NCBI GenBank assembly: GCA_023484085.1
Contig: JAMDAS010000001.1
Coordinates: forward strand, 1 to 64,000
DNA from: Candidatus Omnitrophota bacterium
GTDB lineage: Bacteria > Ratteibacteria > UBA8468 > B48-G9 > DTJG01
Length of the DNA stretch: 64,000 nt
Direction of reading: 5' to 3'
Below, one piece after another: positions 31,954-42,369 of the stretch (its first letter is position 1; each line of letters begins with the position of its first letter). The notes below the pieces were generated by a model. It did not search any database. It saw nothing but the letters and a program-made list of their open reading frames with translations, and had not been told where the DNA came from. The position numbers and the translations under genes were made by a program.

Positions 31954-32030
31954 GTAAATATTCACTGAACGGCGTAATATTTACAGGCCAAAGGCACAAA
32001 ATTTTTTAAAAACACCTTTGTGCCGTAATG
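31954..32030. repeat. Repeat copy R5: solo TIR module plus aaggcacaaa…tttgtgcc hairpin module
   Basis: gtaaatattcactgaacggcgtaatatttac followed by ggccaaaggcacaaaattttttaaaaacacctttgtgcc. Confidence 0.65.
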
Positions 32031-32062
32031 TATCAGCCGGCAAAGAATAGTTACGCATCCGG

Positions 32063-32320
32063 TTAAAAACGTTTATTAACGACTTCTAATTTCTCATAAA
32101 GTGTTTCCGGGGCAACATCGGCTCCATTTGGCCAAGTGATTGTTCCATTTTCTACATGGGCCGCACTGAAAAACGACACGTTTTTCAGTGGTTCAAATAC
32201 GGGACCCTTATTCAAATATTCAGAGAAGTCAATTTCTCCTTCAAGACCGTCATCAAAGACGATGTAAAAGATATACCCATTACGATGCTTAATAGTCTTT
32301 ACATCATTAAAATTCCACAT
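32063..32320 (-). CDS. DUF2442-family small protein
   Basis: 85 aa, pairs with upstream DUF4160 gene as in widespread two-gene cassettes. Confidence 0.6.
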   Translation of the reverse strand: MWNFNDVKTIKHRNGYIFYIVFDDGLEGEIDFSEYLNKGPVFEPLKNVSFFSAAHVENGTITWPNGADVAPETLYEKLEVVNKRF

Positions 32321-32334
32321 GGAAGACCCCCTTT

Positions 32335-32595
32335 TTACTTTAGTGGAGTTATCTTATTGATATCCTTCCCATCACGGGCAAGAATCCAATCTACTGCCAA
32401 TTCTTCTTCATGGAGATATATCCATTCACGAAGCAAACGCAAAGCTGTCCTGGAACCAAGATCTCCACGCAGCACATTTCCCATAAAATCCACCAGTGCT
32501 TTTTTCCCCTGATATACCGCATGTACATGTGGTGGAGTATGATCTTCATAATACATCTGGACGATAATACCAAAAAATCGTGCAATTTCCGGCAT
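32335..32595 (-). CDS. DUF4160-family small protein
   Basis: 86 aa with HTPPHVH signature; locally elevated GC relative to flanks. Confidence 0.6.
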   Translation of the reverse strand: MPEIARFFGIIVQMYYEDHTPPHVHAVYQGKKALVDFMGNVLRGDLGSRTALRLLREWIYLHEEELAVDWILARDGKDINKITPLK

Positions 32596-32669
32596 GGTTA
32601 AAGTTTAACATAAACATTGTTTTCCAACAATTATAAGTTTGCTGAATCTGAGTTGAGTCGGTCTTCAGT

Positions 32670-34094
32670 TTAATGGAAGAGAGTGGTTTTAAACAAGGAT
32701 ATTATGGGTGACGGGAATATGCCAAAATATATTGCTGCTATGCCAAGAATAAACAGGGAAACCCCGAGAGACGGGAAAAGGGTGACGGGAACGTTCTCTT
32801 TTTCCTCCTTCATATACATAAGATACACGATTCTCAGGTAATAGTATGCAGCAAGGACGCTGTTGATAAGACCTGCTATGACAAGCCCGGTAAACCCGTT
32901 TTTCACGGTAACACTGAAAAGATAAAATTTACCCATAAATCCCGCAGTCGGTGGAACACCGGCAAGAGAAAGCATAAATATAGCCATAAATCCTGCAAGT
33001 AATGGCCTTTTCCATGCAAGTCCGGAAAAATGCATGATGTCTATGTATTCCCTGTCTTTTTGCCTGAGGGCAAGAACGATGCCGAATGCCCCCAGGTTGG
33101 CAATAACGTATACCATCAAATAAAAAATCGCCGAGGAAATACTTGCAGGGGTAAAAACCGTCAGAACCATAAGAACGTAGCCTGAATGGGCTATGCTGGA
33201 GTATGCAAGCATCCTTTTTATGTTCCTTTGCGCTATCGCCACTATATTGCCAAGAGTCATCGTAATCACGGAAAGAACAATAAAGACTTCAGTCAGGCTC
33301 AGATGAATGCCTGGAAAAAGGTAAAAGAAGATTCTTATGAGAGCTGCAAATCCCGCCACCTTTGCCCCTGCAGACAAAAAAGCAGTAACAGGCGTGGGTG
33401 CACCATGATATACGTCCGGTGTCCATATATGAAAAGGTACCGAGGATATTTTAAATCCCAGCCCGAGAATAAGCAGTCCGGCAGAAATCAAAAGATAGGG
33501 AAGACTTATCACTGCATGGGTTGAAAAATCTCCTGCAACCTGTGCTATGTTTATGGTACCGGCTGCTCCAAACATAAAAGCAATTCCAAACAGGAAAAAA
33601 GCGCTGGAAAACACTGAAAGAATAAAGAACTTGAGCGAAGCCTCGTGCGAAAAATCCCTGCCTTTTTTAAAACATATGAGAATAGCCAATGGAAGTGTCA
33701 GCAGTTCAAGTCCGAGATAAAGAACGATAAGGTTAAACGTGGATGCCATAAACATCATACCCGCCGTGGCAAACAGAACCAGCGCATAATATTCGCCAAC
33801 GTTCAGGTTGTTATCATTAAGATAGGTATAAGAAATAAGAAGGATAAACGCGGATGACAAAAGGAAAAAAACTGAAAAAATTATGGAGAAATTGTCAGAT
33901 ACGAGCATACCTTTCATGAATGAAAACGGGAGCCCCCAGAGTATGGCGGAATATAAAGTGGATATTATCAGTCCCGCTAAACTGATAAAAAGCAGATGCT
34001 CCTTCCGTACATTTACTGCAAGCACATCATATAAAAGTACCAGCAGTCCCGTAAAAACAACTATAATAATTGGCATAAACAGATAACTGAACAT
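32670..34094 (-). CDS. nuoN: NADH-quinone oxidoreductase subunit N
   Basis: 474 aa polytopic antiporter-like subunit, last gene of nuo operon. Confidence 0.85.
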   Translation of the reverse strand: MFSYLFMPIIIVVFTGLLVLLYDVLAVNVRKEHLLFISLAGLIISTLYSAILWGLPFSFMKGMLVSDNFSIIFSVFFLLSSAFILLISYTYLNDNNLNVGEYYALVLFATAGMMFMASTFNLIVLYLGLELLTLPLAILICFKKGRDFSHEASLKFFILSVFSSAFFLFGIAFMFGAAGTINIAQVAGDFSTHAVISLPYLLISAGLLILGLGFKISSVPFHIWTPDVYHGAPTPVTAFLSAGAKVAGFAALIRIFFYLFPGIHLSLTEVFIVLSVITMTLGNIVAIAQRNIKRMLAYSSIAHSGYVLMVLTVFTPASISSAIFYLMVYVIANLGAFGIVLALRQKDREYIDIMHFSGLAWKRPLLAGFMAIFMLSLAGVPPTAGFMGKFYLFSVTVKNGFTGLVIAGLINSVLAAYYYLRIVYLMYMKEEKENVPVTLFPSLGVSLFILGIAAIYFGIFPSPIISLFKTTLFH

Positions 34095-34117
34095 ATTTTT
34101 CTCCTCACTTGTTCACT

Positions 34118-34208
34118 GTAAATATTCACTAAGACAGTGTTTCCGCCTCAAAGACAATCCACACTTATTTCAAATACTGTTCACTGAGTATTCACTGCAA
34201 ATATTCAC
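34118..34208. repeat. MITE-like repeat copy R6 (C+B modules with TIRs) inserted between nuoM and nuoN
   Basis: gtaaatattcactaagacagtgtttccgcctcaaagacaatccacacttatttcaaatactgttcactgagtattcac; abuts nuoM stop codon. Confidence 0.85.
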
Positions 34209-35785
34209 TTTCCCGGTAATGACTTCAAAAAAGTTTTTTCAGGGATTTTTTTATCTGATAAAAACTGTGATGCCACAGGAGCCACAAAATGACCCGGAGC
34301 GGTTACGGTTATCAGATTTTTAACAGACGGCTCAATCCTGGAAAGAAAAGGTTTCGGGTATAATCCGAGCCAGAACATCATTAAAATTATCGGTACAAGG
34401 ATTAATATTTCTCTTAACGAAAGGTCCGGCAGTTTTTTGACTTCCCGGTCAGCAGGTGTAACATAACTGACTTTCTGAAACATCCACAGCATATAAATAG
34501 CACTCAGGATTATTCCTGTGGATGCAATTGCAGTTAAGGCAATGTTCACCTTGAAAACACCAAGAAGAATCAGAAACTCTCCAACAAATCCGTTTAACCC
34601 CGGCAATCCTATGGAAGACAGAATGGTTATAAGTAAAAATGCTGAAAAAACAGGCATACTGCCGGATAATCCCCCAAAATCATTTATTCCTCTTTTCCCC
34701 GTCCTGTCATAAAGCATTCCCACAAGTAAAAACAGCGCAGAGATTGAAAGCCCGTGATTAATCATCTGCAAAACCCCGCCTGTCATTCCGGTATCAGTAA
34801 ACGAAAATATGCCAAGCATGATGAATCCAACCTGGCTGAAGCTGGAATAGGCGATTAGTTTTTTCATGTCCTTCTGGACGTATGCAATTAAAGCACCATA
34901 TATTATTCCGATTACGGCGAGTATCCCGATTGGATAAAAGAAATCCCTGGAAACTTCAGGGAAAAATGGTATGGCAAATCTTAAAAATCCGTATACCCCC
35001 ATCTTTACAAGTATGCCTGCCAAAAGAAGATTTCCCGGTATGGGTGCTTCTGTATAGGCGTCAGGAAGCCATGTATGAAACGGGAAAAGAGGAACTTTTA
35101 TGGCAAACGCAATGGCAAAACCGAGGAATAAAAAGAGTCTTGTTTTGAAAGGAAGATAAGCAGTTGAATACGCCAGCAGACTCTGCAGGTCAAAGGTACT
35201 TATACCTGTGGCTTTTTGATGCATAAAATAAATATATAATATCGCGGCTAACATCAGAACACTGCCAAACATGGTGTATAAAAAGAATTTCATTGTTGCA
35301 TAGACTCTTCTTTCTCCTCCCCATATACCAATAAGAAAATACATCGGTATAAGCATTGCTTCCCAGAAAAGATAGAAAAGCAGCATGTCAAGTGATACAA
35401 ATACTCCAAGCATCGTGGTATTTAAAAAAAGCATAAAAATCATGAATTCCTTAACCTTTGAACCAATGGAGCGAAAAGAATAGAGAATGGCTATAGAAGT
35501 AAGGAAAGTGGTAAGCATGAGCAAAAACAGGCTTATTCCATCAATGCCGATTGAATAGTTCGCACCTATGCTGCTTATCCACGGGACGAATTCCATGAAT
35601 TGAAAAGTCCCGACAGAAGGGTTGAACAGGAAAAACAGAGAAACTGACAGGAGAAAAGTAATGAATGAAAACAAAAAAGCAACGAGTTTTATAAAGGGTT
35701 TATTCTGCCCCGGTATAAAAGAAACGCAGACCGCGCCGAGAAGCGGTAAAAAAACGATAATACTTAAAATCGGAATGTCAGTCAT
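34205..35785 (-). CDS. nuoM: NADH-quinone oxidoreductase subunit M
   Basis: 526 aa antiporter-like subunit. Confidence 0.85.
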   Translation of the reverse strand: MTDIPILSIIVFLPLLGAVCVSFIPGQNKPFIKLVAFLFSFITFLLSVSLFFLFNPSVGTFQFMEFVPWISSIGANYSIGIDGISLFLLMLTTFLTSIAILYSFRSIGSKVKEFMIFMLFLNTTMLGVFVSLDMLLFYLFWEAMLIPMYFLIGIWGGERRVYATMKFFLYTMFGSVLMLAAILYIYFMHQKATGISTFDLQSLLAYSTAYLPFKTRLFLFLGFAIAFAIKVPLFPFHTWLPDAYTEAPIPGNLLLAGILVKMGVYGFLRFAIPFFPEVSRDFFYPIGILAVIGIIYGALIAYVQKDMKKLIAYSSFSQVGFIMLGIFSFTDTGMTGGVLQMINHGLSISALFLLVGMLYDRTGKRGINDFGGLSGSMPVFSAFLLITILSSIGLPGLNGFVGEFLILLGVFKVNIALTAIASTGIILSAIYMLWMFQKVSYVTPADREVKKLPDLSLREILILVPIILMMFWLGLYPKPFLSRIEPSVKNLITVTAPGHFVAPVASQFLSDKKIPEKTFLKSLPGK

Positions 35786-35802
35786 AAATTGTCCTTATAA
35801 GG

Positions 35803-37701
35803 TTAATGTATTTTTGTCATCAGAAACCCAAGCAGCAGGATCCCGCCGATAAGAATAATGAGCGCATAGTTTCTTAAGTATCCTGTATGTATTTTTCTCC
35901 ATTGCTCACTATTGGTTTTTATCCATTTGCCTGTTTCATTTACGGCTCCGTCAATATATTTAGCGTCAAATACGTCTGCAAAAAAGGATGACAGTTTCCT
36001 GCCGGGCAAAACAAAAATCCGTTCATAAATCTCATCCACAAAATACTTGTTCAGCAATAGTTTGTATAACCCGGCGGCTTTTTTCTTCATACTTTCCGGC
36101 AGGGAAGGATTAACAAGATAAAAATACCATGCTGTAGCAATACCACCCAGGGAGAAAACAAGGGAAACCATTATGGTCTTCAGTTCAACGTTTGAAGACA
36201 ACACTGCAGTTCCCAGGAAAACAGGGGAAAGAAACCTGTGGATGAGATTTGATTCAGGCAGTCCCACGTATCCACCGATAATTGCAAGGAGTGCAAGTAT
36301 AATCAGAGGAAACGTCATAATTTTGGGGGATTCATGGGGATGGCTTTCCTTCTGCTTATCACCCCAGAAAACAATGAAAATCATTCTGAATATGTAGAAT
36401 GAGGTTAAAGCAGCAGTAATGATTCCCAGTCCCCATAAGAATTTTCCATAATACGGTGTCACGTAAGCGTGTGCCAGGATATCATCCTTACTGAAAAAAC
36501 CTGCGGTTCCAGGGAACCCGGACAATGACAGAGCACCTATAACCATCGTCCAGAAGGTTACGGGAAGATATTTTCTTAATCCGCTTAATTTCCGCAGGTC
36601 AGTTTCTCCTGCACTTGCATGCATGATACTGCCTGCGCACAAAAATAACAGTGCCTTGAAAAACGCATGTGACATAAGGTGAAAAATCCCGGCAGAATAT
36701 GCTGCGACTCCAACGCCAAGGAACATATATCCAAGCTGACTGATTGTGGAATAAGCCAATATTCTTTTAATGTCAAACTGGACCATGCCTATTGAGGCTG
36801 AATAAAAAGCGGTTATGATTCCGACAAAAGCGACCACTCCCATGGAAACAGGTGATAACTGATACAGGACATGTGTTCTTGCAACCATGTATACGCCTGC
36901 GGTTACCATAGTAGCCGCGTGTATAAGAGCTGAAACAGGCGTAGGACCTTCCATGGCATCAGGAAGCCATACGTACAGAGGCAGCTGTGCGGATTTTCCG
37001 ACTGCACCCATAAAAAGCAGAAGGGTTATGGCAGTAGCTATGCCACTGCCATGGCTGAGAATAAGGGGAGCGTTGGAAAATACAACATTATAGTTAAGAC
37101 TTTTAAAGGTATGATATATAAGTAAAATACCCAGCAGAAACCCGAAATCACCTATTCTGTTTATGATGAAGGCTTTTCTTCCTGCATCCGCGGCGGATTT
37201 TTTATGGAACCAGAATCCTATCAAAAGGTATGAACACAACCCGACGCCCTCCCATCCCATGAACAGGAGAAGAAAATTGTCCGCCAAAACAAGGAGCAGC
37301 ATTGATGCAACAAAAAGATTAAGATACGAAAAATAACGGGAGAAATGTTCTTCATCCTTCATGTAGCCTATTGAATACAGGTGGATTACAAAACTTACGC
37401 TGCTGACCACCATTATCATCAGCAGAGACAACGGGTCAACGTAAAACCCGAAATTTACCAAAAAATGTCCTACCGGAACCCACTGGAAAAATACCTTGTC
37501 AAAGAACCTGAGGTCCGGCGGCAGTTTAATAAGACTAAAAAACGTAAACACCGAGATTACAAAGGAAAGTCCCACGGAACAACTGGCAATAATACCTGCC
37601 AGAGGTTTTTTGAGCCATTTGCCGGCAATACCCACAAACAATGACCCAAAAACAGGAAACAGGACTACAAACAATACAGAATTAAGTAATGTGGAATTCA
37701 T
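35803..37701 (-). CDS. nuoL: NADH-quinone oxidoreductase subunit L
   Basis: 632 aa antiporter-like subunit with long C-terminal amphipathic helix region. Confidence 0.85.
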   Translation of the reverse strand: MNSTLLNSVLFVVLFPVFGSLFVGIAGKWLKKPLAGIIASCSVGLSFVISVFTFFSLIKLPPDLRFFDKVFFQWVPVGHFLVNFGFYVDPLSLLMIMVVSSVSFVIHLYSIGYMKDEEHFSRYFSYLNLFVASMLLLVLADNFLLLFMGWEGVGLCSYLLIGFWFHKKSAADAGRKAFIINRIGDFGFLLGILLIYHTFKSLNYNVVFSNAPLILSHGSGIATAITLLLFMGAVGKSAQLPLYVWLPDAMEGPTPVSALIHAATMVTAGVYMVARTHVLYQLSPVSMGVVAFVGIITAFYSASIGMVQFDIKRILAYSTISQLGYMFLGVGVAAYSAGIFHLMSHAFFKALLFLCAGSIMHASAGETDLRKLSGLRKYLPVTFWTMVIGALSLSGFPGTAGFFSKDDILAHAYVTPYYGKFLWGLGIITAALTSFYIFRMIFIVFWGDKQKESHPHESPKIMTFPLIILALLAIIGGYVGLPESNLIHRFLSPVFLGTAVLSSNVELKTIMVSLVFSLGGIATAWYFYLVNPSLPESMKKKAAGLYKLLLNKYFVDEIYERIFVLPGRKLSSFFADVFDAKYIDGAVNETGKWIKTNSEQWRKIHTGYLRNYALIILIGGILLLGFLMTKIH

Positions 37702-37703
37702 AT

Positions 37704-38006
37704 TTATCCTTTAAGAACGTTCATGTCATCCACGTCCATACTTTCTTTTTTATGAAATATGCTGATTATTATCGCAAGCCCGACTATCACTTCTGCAGCA
37801 GCCACAGTGATGCTGAAAAAAACGTATACCTGTCCCTTTGGAAGCATCATATATCTTGCAAAAGAGACAAAAGCAAGGTTAACTGCATTCAGCATAATTT
37901 CAACAGACATTAACATTACAAGAACGTTTTTCCTTACTAAAACCCCGCTTGTCCCTATGACAAAAAGAACCCCGCTCAACACCAGATAAAGTTTTATAGG
38001 TATCAT
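37704..38006 (-). CDS. nuoK: NADH-quinone oxidoreductase subunit K
   Basis: 100 aa, three TM helices. Confidence 0.85.
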   Translation of the reverse strand: MIPIKLYLVLSGVLFVIGTSGVLVRKNVLVMLMSVEIMLNAVNLAFVSFARYMMLPKGQVYVFFSITVAAAEVIVGLAIIISIFHKKESMDVDDMNVLKG

Positions 38007-38509
38007 TGCTCTGACCTCCTGAGGTACACAGCACCTATTATCGCCACAAGAAGAATCAAAGAGGTAATTTCAAACGGAACAAGGTACCTCTTAAATAAGA
38101 GCTGTCCAAGACTGACAATCCCACCGAAATTCTCAAACGAAAGAGACGAAGGGCTTTTCCCTGCACTTGCATACAAACCACAAGACAGGACATATACAAG
38201 TTCAAACAGGAATATCAAAAGCAACGGCATAATGAGAAATTTCTGGAAAGACATTTTACCGAAGCGGTTTTCCACTACAGGCGGCATCATCATTATTACG
38301 AACAAAAAAAGAACCATTACGGCACCTGCATAAATGAGTACCTGGACAACTGCAAGAAACTCCGAATGCAGTGTCAGATAAATAAGGGAAAGAACGACAA
38401 GATTAGCAATAAAATAAAGAGCGCTGTAAACCGGTCGTTTCTCCACTACAACCGCGATTGCCGTAAAAACCGACAGAATGCCGAGAATTAAAAATATTAT
38501 CAGTCCCAT
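38003..38509 (-). CDS. nuoJ: NADH-quinone oxidoreductase subunit J
   Basis: 168 aa membrane subunit, operon position. Confidence 0.8.
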   Translation of the reverse strand: MGLIIFLILGILSVFTAIAVVVEKRPVYSALYFIANLVVLSLIYLTLHSEFLAVVQVLIYAGAVMVLFLFVIMMMPPVVENRFGKMSFQKFLIMPLLLIFLFELVYVLSCGLYASAGKSPSSLSFENFGGIVSLGQLLFKRYLVPFEITSLILLVAIIGAVYLRRSEQ

Positions 38510-39021
38510 GGGTATTTTTTATCCATTTCACCCGGCTCTTTTTCCAGGAGCATCTCTTTGGTATAGATTAGCCTGTCCCTGTCATATTCTGACAATTCAT
38601 ATTCAGGGCACATGTTAAGCGCAAAGGTCGGGCATGCCTCCACGCAAAGTCCGCAAAAGATACATCTTATCATGTTTATTTCGTATACCATGGCATATCT
38701 TTCACCTTTTGAATATCTTGCTTTTTCCGTGTTTTCACCGGCTTCAACGTAGATTGCCTCTGCAGGACACGCCACCGCGCACAAGGAACATCCCACACAT
38801 TTTTCCAATCCATCCTCATGTCTTGCAAGCCAGTGTCTTCCATGAAATCTGCGATAAAGCTTCCTTCTTTTTTCCGGGTACTGATAAGTCACCTTCTTTT
38901 TAAATATGTATCCGAAGGTAACCCTGAACCCTTTCAGAAAGTTTATTATGTCCCGGATTATATTATCATTGCTCCTGTTATTAGTATCCATATTAAAGAA
39001 AATGGTAAAAGAACCTTCCAC
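38500..39021 (-). CDS. nuoI: NADH-quinone oxidoreductase subunit I (2x[4Fe-4S])
   Basis: [12 protein letters not shown] and [12 protein letters not shown] motifs; true start may be the internal MDTNN (38991). Confidence 0.85.
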   Translation of the reverse strand: MEGSFTIFFNMDTNNRSNDNIIRDIINFLKGFRVTFGYIFKKKVTYQYPEKRRKLYRRFHGRHWLARHEDGLEKCVGCSLCAVACPAEAIYVEAGENTEKARYSKGERYAMVYEINMIRCIFCGLCVEACPTFALNMCPEYELSEYDRDRLIYTKEMLLEKEPGEMDKKYPWD

Positions 39022-39950
39022 TGAAACATCATTAATTTGTCATATCTTAACCTGGGATAAGTAGCCCTGAGCCAGATAAAGAAAAACAACATTGCAGCAA
39101 CCTTCAGCAGGAACCATATAAACGGCGGGAAAAAAGAAGGTCCAAGCCAGCCGCCAAAGAATAAGGTAACCGCTAATGCACTGAAGGTAATCATACTTGC
39201 ATATTCAGCCATAAAAAACATTGCAAATTTAAAACTGCTGTATTCTGTGTGATACCCTGCAACCAATTCTGTCTCTGCCTCAGGGAAATCAAACGGAGCC
39301 CTGTTTGTTTCCGCAATGCTGCTTATTAAAAACACGATGAAAGCCGGGAACTGCATAAGTATGAACCAATGTCTGCTTTGTGCCGCAACGATACTCCTGA
39401 GACTCAAAGAATGACTGAGCAGCAGCACTCCAACCATGGACAGGCCCAGTGGCAACTCATAGCTTATCATCTGGGCACAGCTTCGCATTCCTCCAAAGAA
39501 CGAATACTTGGAGTTGGAAGACCATCCTGCCAATACAATTCCGTAAACGTTGATTGCAAATATTGCAAGAAGATAAAGTACCCCCACGTTCAGGTTGGTA
39601 ATCTGGAGAGGAATCCGGACATTGTGAATGATGAGATCTCTTCCAAATGGTATTATGGCAAATGCCATAAAAGCTGTAAACACTGAAATACAGGGCGCAA
39701 GAATGAAAAGAAACCTGTCAGCTCCTGCAGGCGTAAGGTCTTCTTTCAGAAAAAGTTTGGTTATGTCAGCAAAAGGCTGAAGGAGTCCTATGGGTCCTAC
39801 CCTGTTGGGCCCAATTCTTGACTGCATAAAAGCAATAAGCTTACGTTCTGCATAAATTAAAAATGCAATGGTTAAAAGCAGTCCTATAAAGACCAGAAGT
39901 ATCAGAATTATTTTCGCAACCAACCATATAATAAAAACTTCTTTTGGCAT
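38958..39950 (-). CDS. nuoH: NADH-quinone oxidoreductase subunit H
   Basis: 330 aa; NuoH/ND1 family. Confidence 0.85.
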   Translation of the reverse strand: MPKEVFIIWLVAKIILILLVFIGLLLTIAFLIYAERKLIAFMQSRIGPNRVGPIGLLQPFADITKLFLKEDLTPAGADRFLFILAPCISVFTAFMAFAIIPFGRDLIIHNVRIPLQITNLNVGVLYLLAIFAINVYGIVLAGWSSNSKYSFFGGMRSCAQMISYELPLGLSMVGVLLLSHSLSLRSIVAAQSRHWFILMQFPAFIVFLISSIAETNRAPFDFPEAETELVAGYHTEYSSFKFAMFFMAEYASMITFSALAVTLFFGGWLGPSFFPPFIWFLLKVAAMLFFFIWLRATYPRLRYDKLMMFQWKVLLPFSLIWILITGAMII

Positions 39951-39951
39951 G

Positions 39952-42369
39952 TTATTCCTTTCTAATGTCCACTTCTACAAAACCCTCTTCCGAATCTTTT
40001 AAAATGTTTAGAGGACAGGCTATATCATCAGTCATAACCGCGTACCCCGGCTGAACGTCTTTCATGGTAGAAACCATGACCTTCAACTCCCCGAGGTTAT
40101 TGAATACCGTTACAGCATCGCCATCCATTAGACCGGATTTTTCTGCATCAGAAGGACTTATGCATACCCCGGGTTTAAAGAAAAACTTAATGGCGCCACA
40201 GCGGGAAATAAATTTGTCTCTGGCAAACATGTTTTTCCCTTCAACAAGGACAAATGGAAATTTCCCGGGCTTTTCAAAAATCCGTACAGGCAGAAATTTT
40301 TCCCTGCAGGAATCTTTTTTCTGCAGTACAGAAAGCATCTCATTTCTCAAGTCATCAATTATATCATACCTCATTGAATAACCCAGTCTTTCAGCGAGCC
40401 GTGTTATGGTTTTCCATTCACTTTCCATCCCTTCCTTTATTCCTTCCTGAAGTTCCCGGGTAAGTCCGCCGGAACATATAAAACTGCCTTGTTTGGCATG
40501 AGGTGCTTTTCCGGGAAGAACTATGCTGGCATATTGAGCGGCTTCAGTCAGAAAAACATCCTGTGCCACAATGAATTCAACGTTCTTAAGAACTGCTCCC
40601 ATTTTTTTTCTGTCCAAAAACTCAGATACAGGGTCAGAACCCAATAAATAAAGAAACTTCAATTTCCCTGATAAAGCAGCGTCAATAATTTTTCTGGCAT
40701 TACAACTTTCCGGCATTAATTTCATCGCACCCCTGTGATTGGGCTGTGAAAAAACCGGCAGAACTTTTGACTTTACCCTGCCTTTTTGGACATTATTCAA
40801 AGCCATACCAAGGTTGTGGGCAGAAAACAAAAGGGATTCTTTCTCCCCATCAATTATGATTGTCCACCCCTCTTTATCCAAAAGCAAAGACGAAACTTTT
40901 TCCATGGTTTCTTTTGTAACCCCTGTAGTCTGCTCCACGGCTTCCATGGTAATTTCTTTAAAGGAGTTCCTGAATTCTTCAAAGCCTTCAATGCGTGAGA
41001 GATCTTCCCTGTTTTCAGGATTCAGCATGCAAAGTATAAGACCATAGAGCAGATATGCTTCTGTCCCTGGTCTGTAGCAAACAGATAAAGATGCACAATC
41101 CTCCATTCCTGTTTTATACGGTTCTGCAAGAAGAAGAGTTGAGCCTTTCCTCTTTGCACGGTTACGCAGGTAAAGGCCAAGAACCGGCTGCTGGTGCAGA
41201 ATGTTTGTCCCCAATACAAAAACCCCTCCGGAACCAGGCAGGTCTGAATATTCCGCACTTTCATCCAAAATGGCATTAACCTGACCGCTGTCAGAAAATC
41301 TGCTCCTGAAATCAACATTTGGTGAACCAATACAGTCTTTAAAAAGTTTTTTAAAAAGGTATATTTCCTCGCAGGTAGATGCAGAAGATATGATACCCCC
41401 TACAGAATCCGGACCTGATTCTGCAATACTTTTTTTCAGCCTAAAAACAATCATGTCCATTGCCTTTTCATAAGTGACAGGAATAAATCCATCATTTTGC
41501 TTTATCATCGGTGTTCTGACCCGCTCTCCTGAAGAAAGATACTCAAAATCAAACTGACCCCTGTCGCACAAAAAATTATTAAGAATTCCATGATTACTAT
41601 TATTACTACAATTATTATTTCTGTCAGGGGTAATCCTCAATATTCTGTTGTTTCTTGACCAAAGCCTGATACTGCAACCGGTCCCGCAGCCAGGGCATAC
41701 AGAGGTTATGAATTTCATATCCCAAACCCTTGCCTTGAATCTATAAACCTTGTCTGTAAGAGCGCCGACAGGACAAAGAAAAATGGTGTTACCGGAAAAC
41801 CCGGGGTTGAATTCAGTTTTGTAAAAAGTTCTTATGTCGGTTTCTGCAGCTCTGTTAAACTCTCCAAGCGTGGTTTCACCGCCATATTCATCATAGAACC
41901 TTACGCATCTTTTACATAGGATGCACCTGTTCATTTCTCTTTCCACCAGGGGACCTATGTAATACTTCTGAAAGGTTCTCTTATGCTCTTTGAATTTGGC
42001 TACTGCGGGCCCGTATCTATGAGAAAAATTCTGAAGGTCGCATTCTCCACCCTGGTCGCATACAGGACAATCAAGAGGATGGTTGGCAAGTAAGAATCCA
42101 ATAACCCCCTTTCTTCTTTTTTGCACCAATGGAGTATTGGTTCTTACAACCATTCCGTTTTTAACCTCAAGCGTGCACGACGTCTGAAGCTTGGGAATGC
42201 CCTCAACTTCCACAAGGCATACCCTGCAGCATCCAACCGATTTCAAGAGAGGGTGGTAGCAATAATAGGGAATCTCTATCCCCAATTTTTTTGCTGCCTC
42301 AATTACCATTGTCCCTTCCTGTACGGTTACTTCCCTTCCATCAATTGTCAGTGTGATTGCATTTCCCAT
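39952..42369 (-). CDS. nuoG: NADH-quinone oxidoreductase subunit G
   Basis: N-terminal 2Fe-2S/4Fe-4S cysteine clusters (CYHPLLKSVGCCRVC, HPLDCPVCDQGGEC) and molybdopterin-oxidoreductase-like C-terminal region; 805 aa. Confidence 0.85.
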   Translation of the reverse strand: MGNAITLTIDGREVTVQEGTMVIEAAKKLGIEIPYYCYHPLLKSVGCCRVCLVEVEGIPKLQTSCTLEVKNGMVVRTNTPLVQKRRKGVIGFLLANHPLDCPVCDQGGECDLQNFSHRYGPAVAKFKEHKRTFQKYYIGPLVEREMNRCILCKRCVRFYDEYGGETTLGEFNRAAETDIRTFYKTEFNPGFSGNTIFLCPVGALTDKVYRFKARVWDMKFITSVCPGCGTGCSIRLWSRNNRILRITPDRNNNCSNNSNHGILNNFLCDRGQFDFEYLSSGERVRTPMIKQNDGFIPVTYEKAMDMIVFRLKKSIAESGPDSVGGIISSASTCEEIYLFKKLFKDCIGSPNVDFRSRFSDSGQVNAILDESAEYSDLPGSGGVFVLGTNILHQQPVLGLYLRNRAKRKGSTLLLAEPYKTGMEDCASLSVCYRPGTEAYLLYGLILCMLNPENREDLSRIEGFEEFRNSFKEITMEAVEQTTGVTKETMEKVSSLLLDKEGWTIIIDGEKESLLFSAHNLGMALNNVQKGRVKSKVLPVFSQPNHRGAMKLMPESCNARKIIDAALSGKLKFLYLLGSDPVSEFLDRKKMGAVLKNVEFIVAQDVFLTEAAQYASIVLPGKAPHAKQGSFICSGGLTRELQEGIKEGMESEWKTITRLAERLGYSMRYDIIDDLRNEMLSVLQKKDSCREKFLPVRIFEKPGKFPFVLVEGKNMFARDKFISRCGAIKFFFKPGVCISPSDAEKSGLMDGDAVTVFNNLGELKVMVSTMKDVQPGYAVMTDDIACPLNILKDSEEGFVEVDIRKE

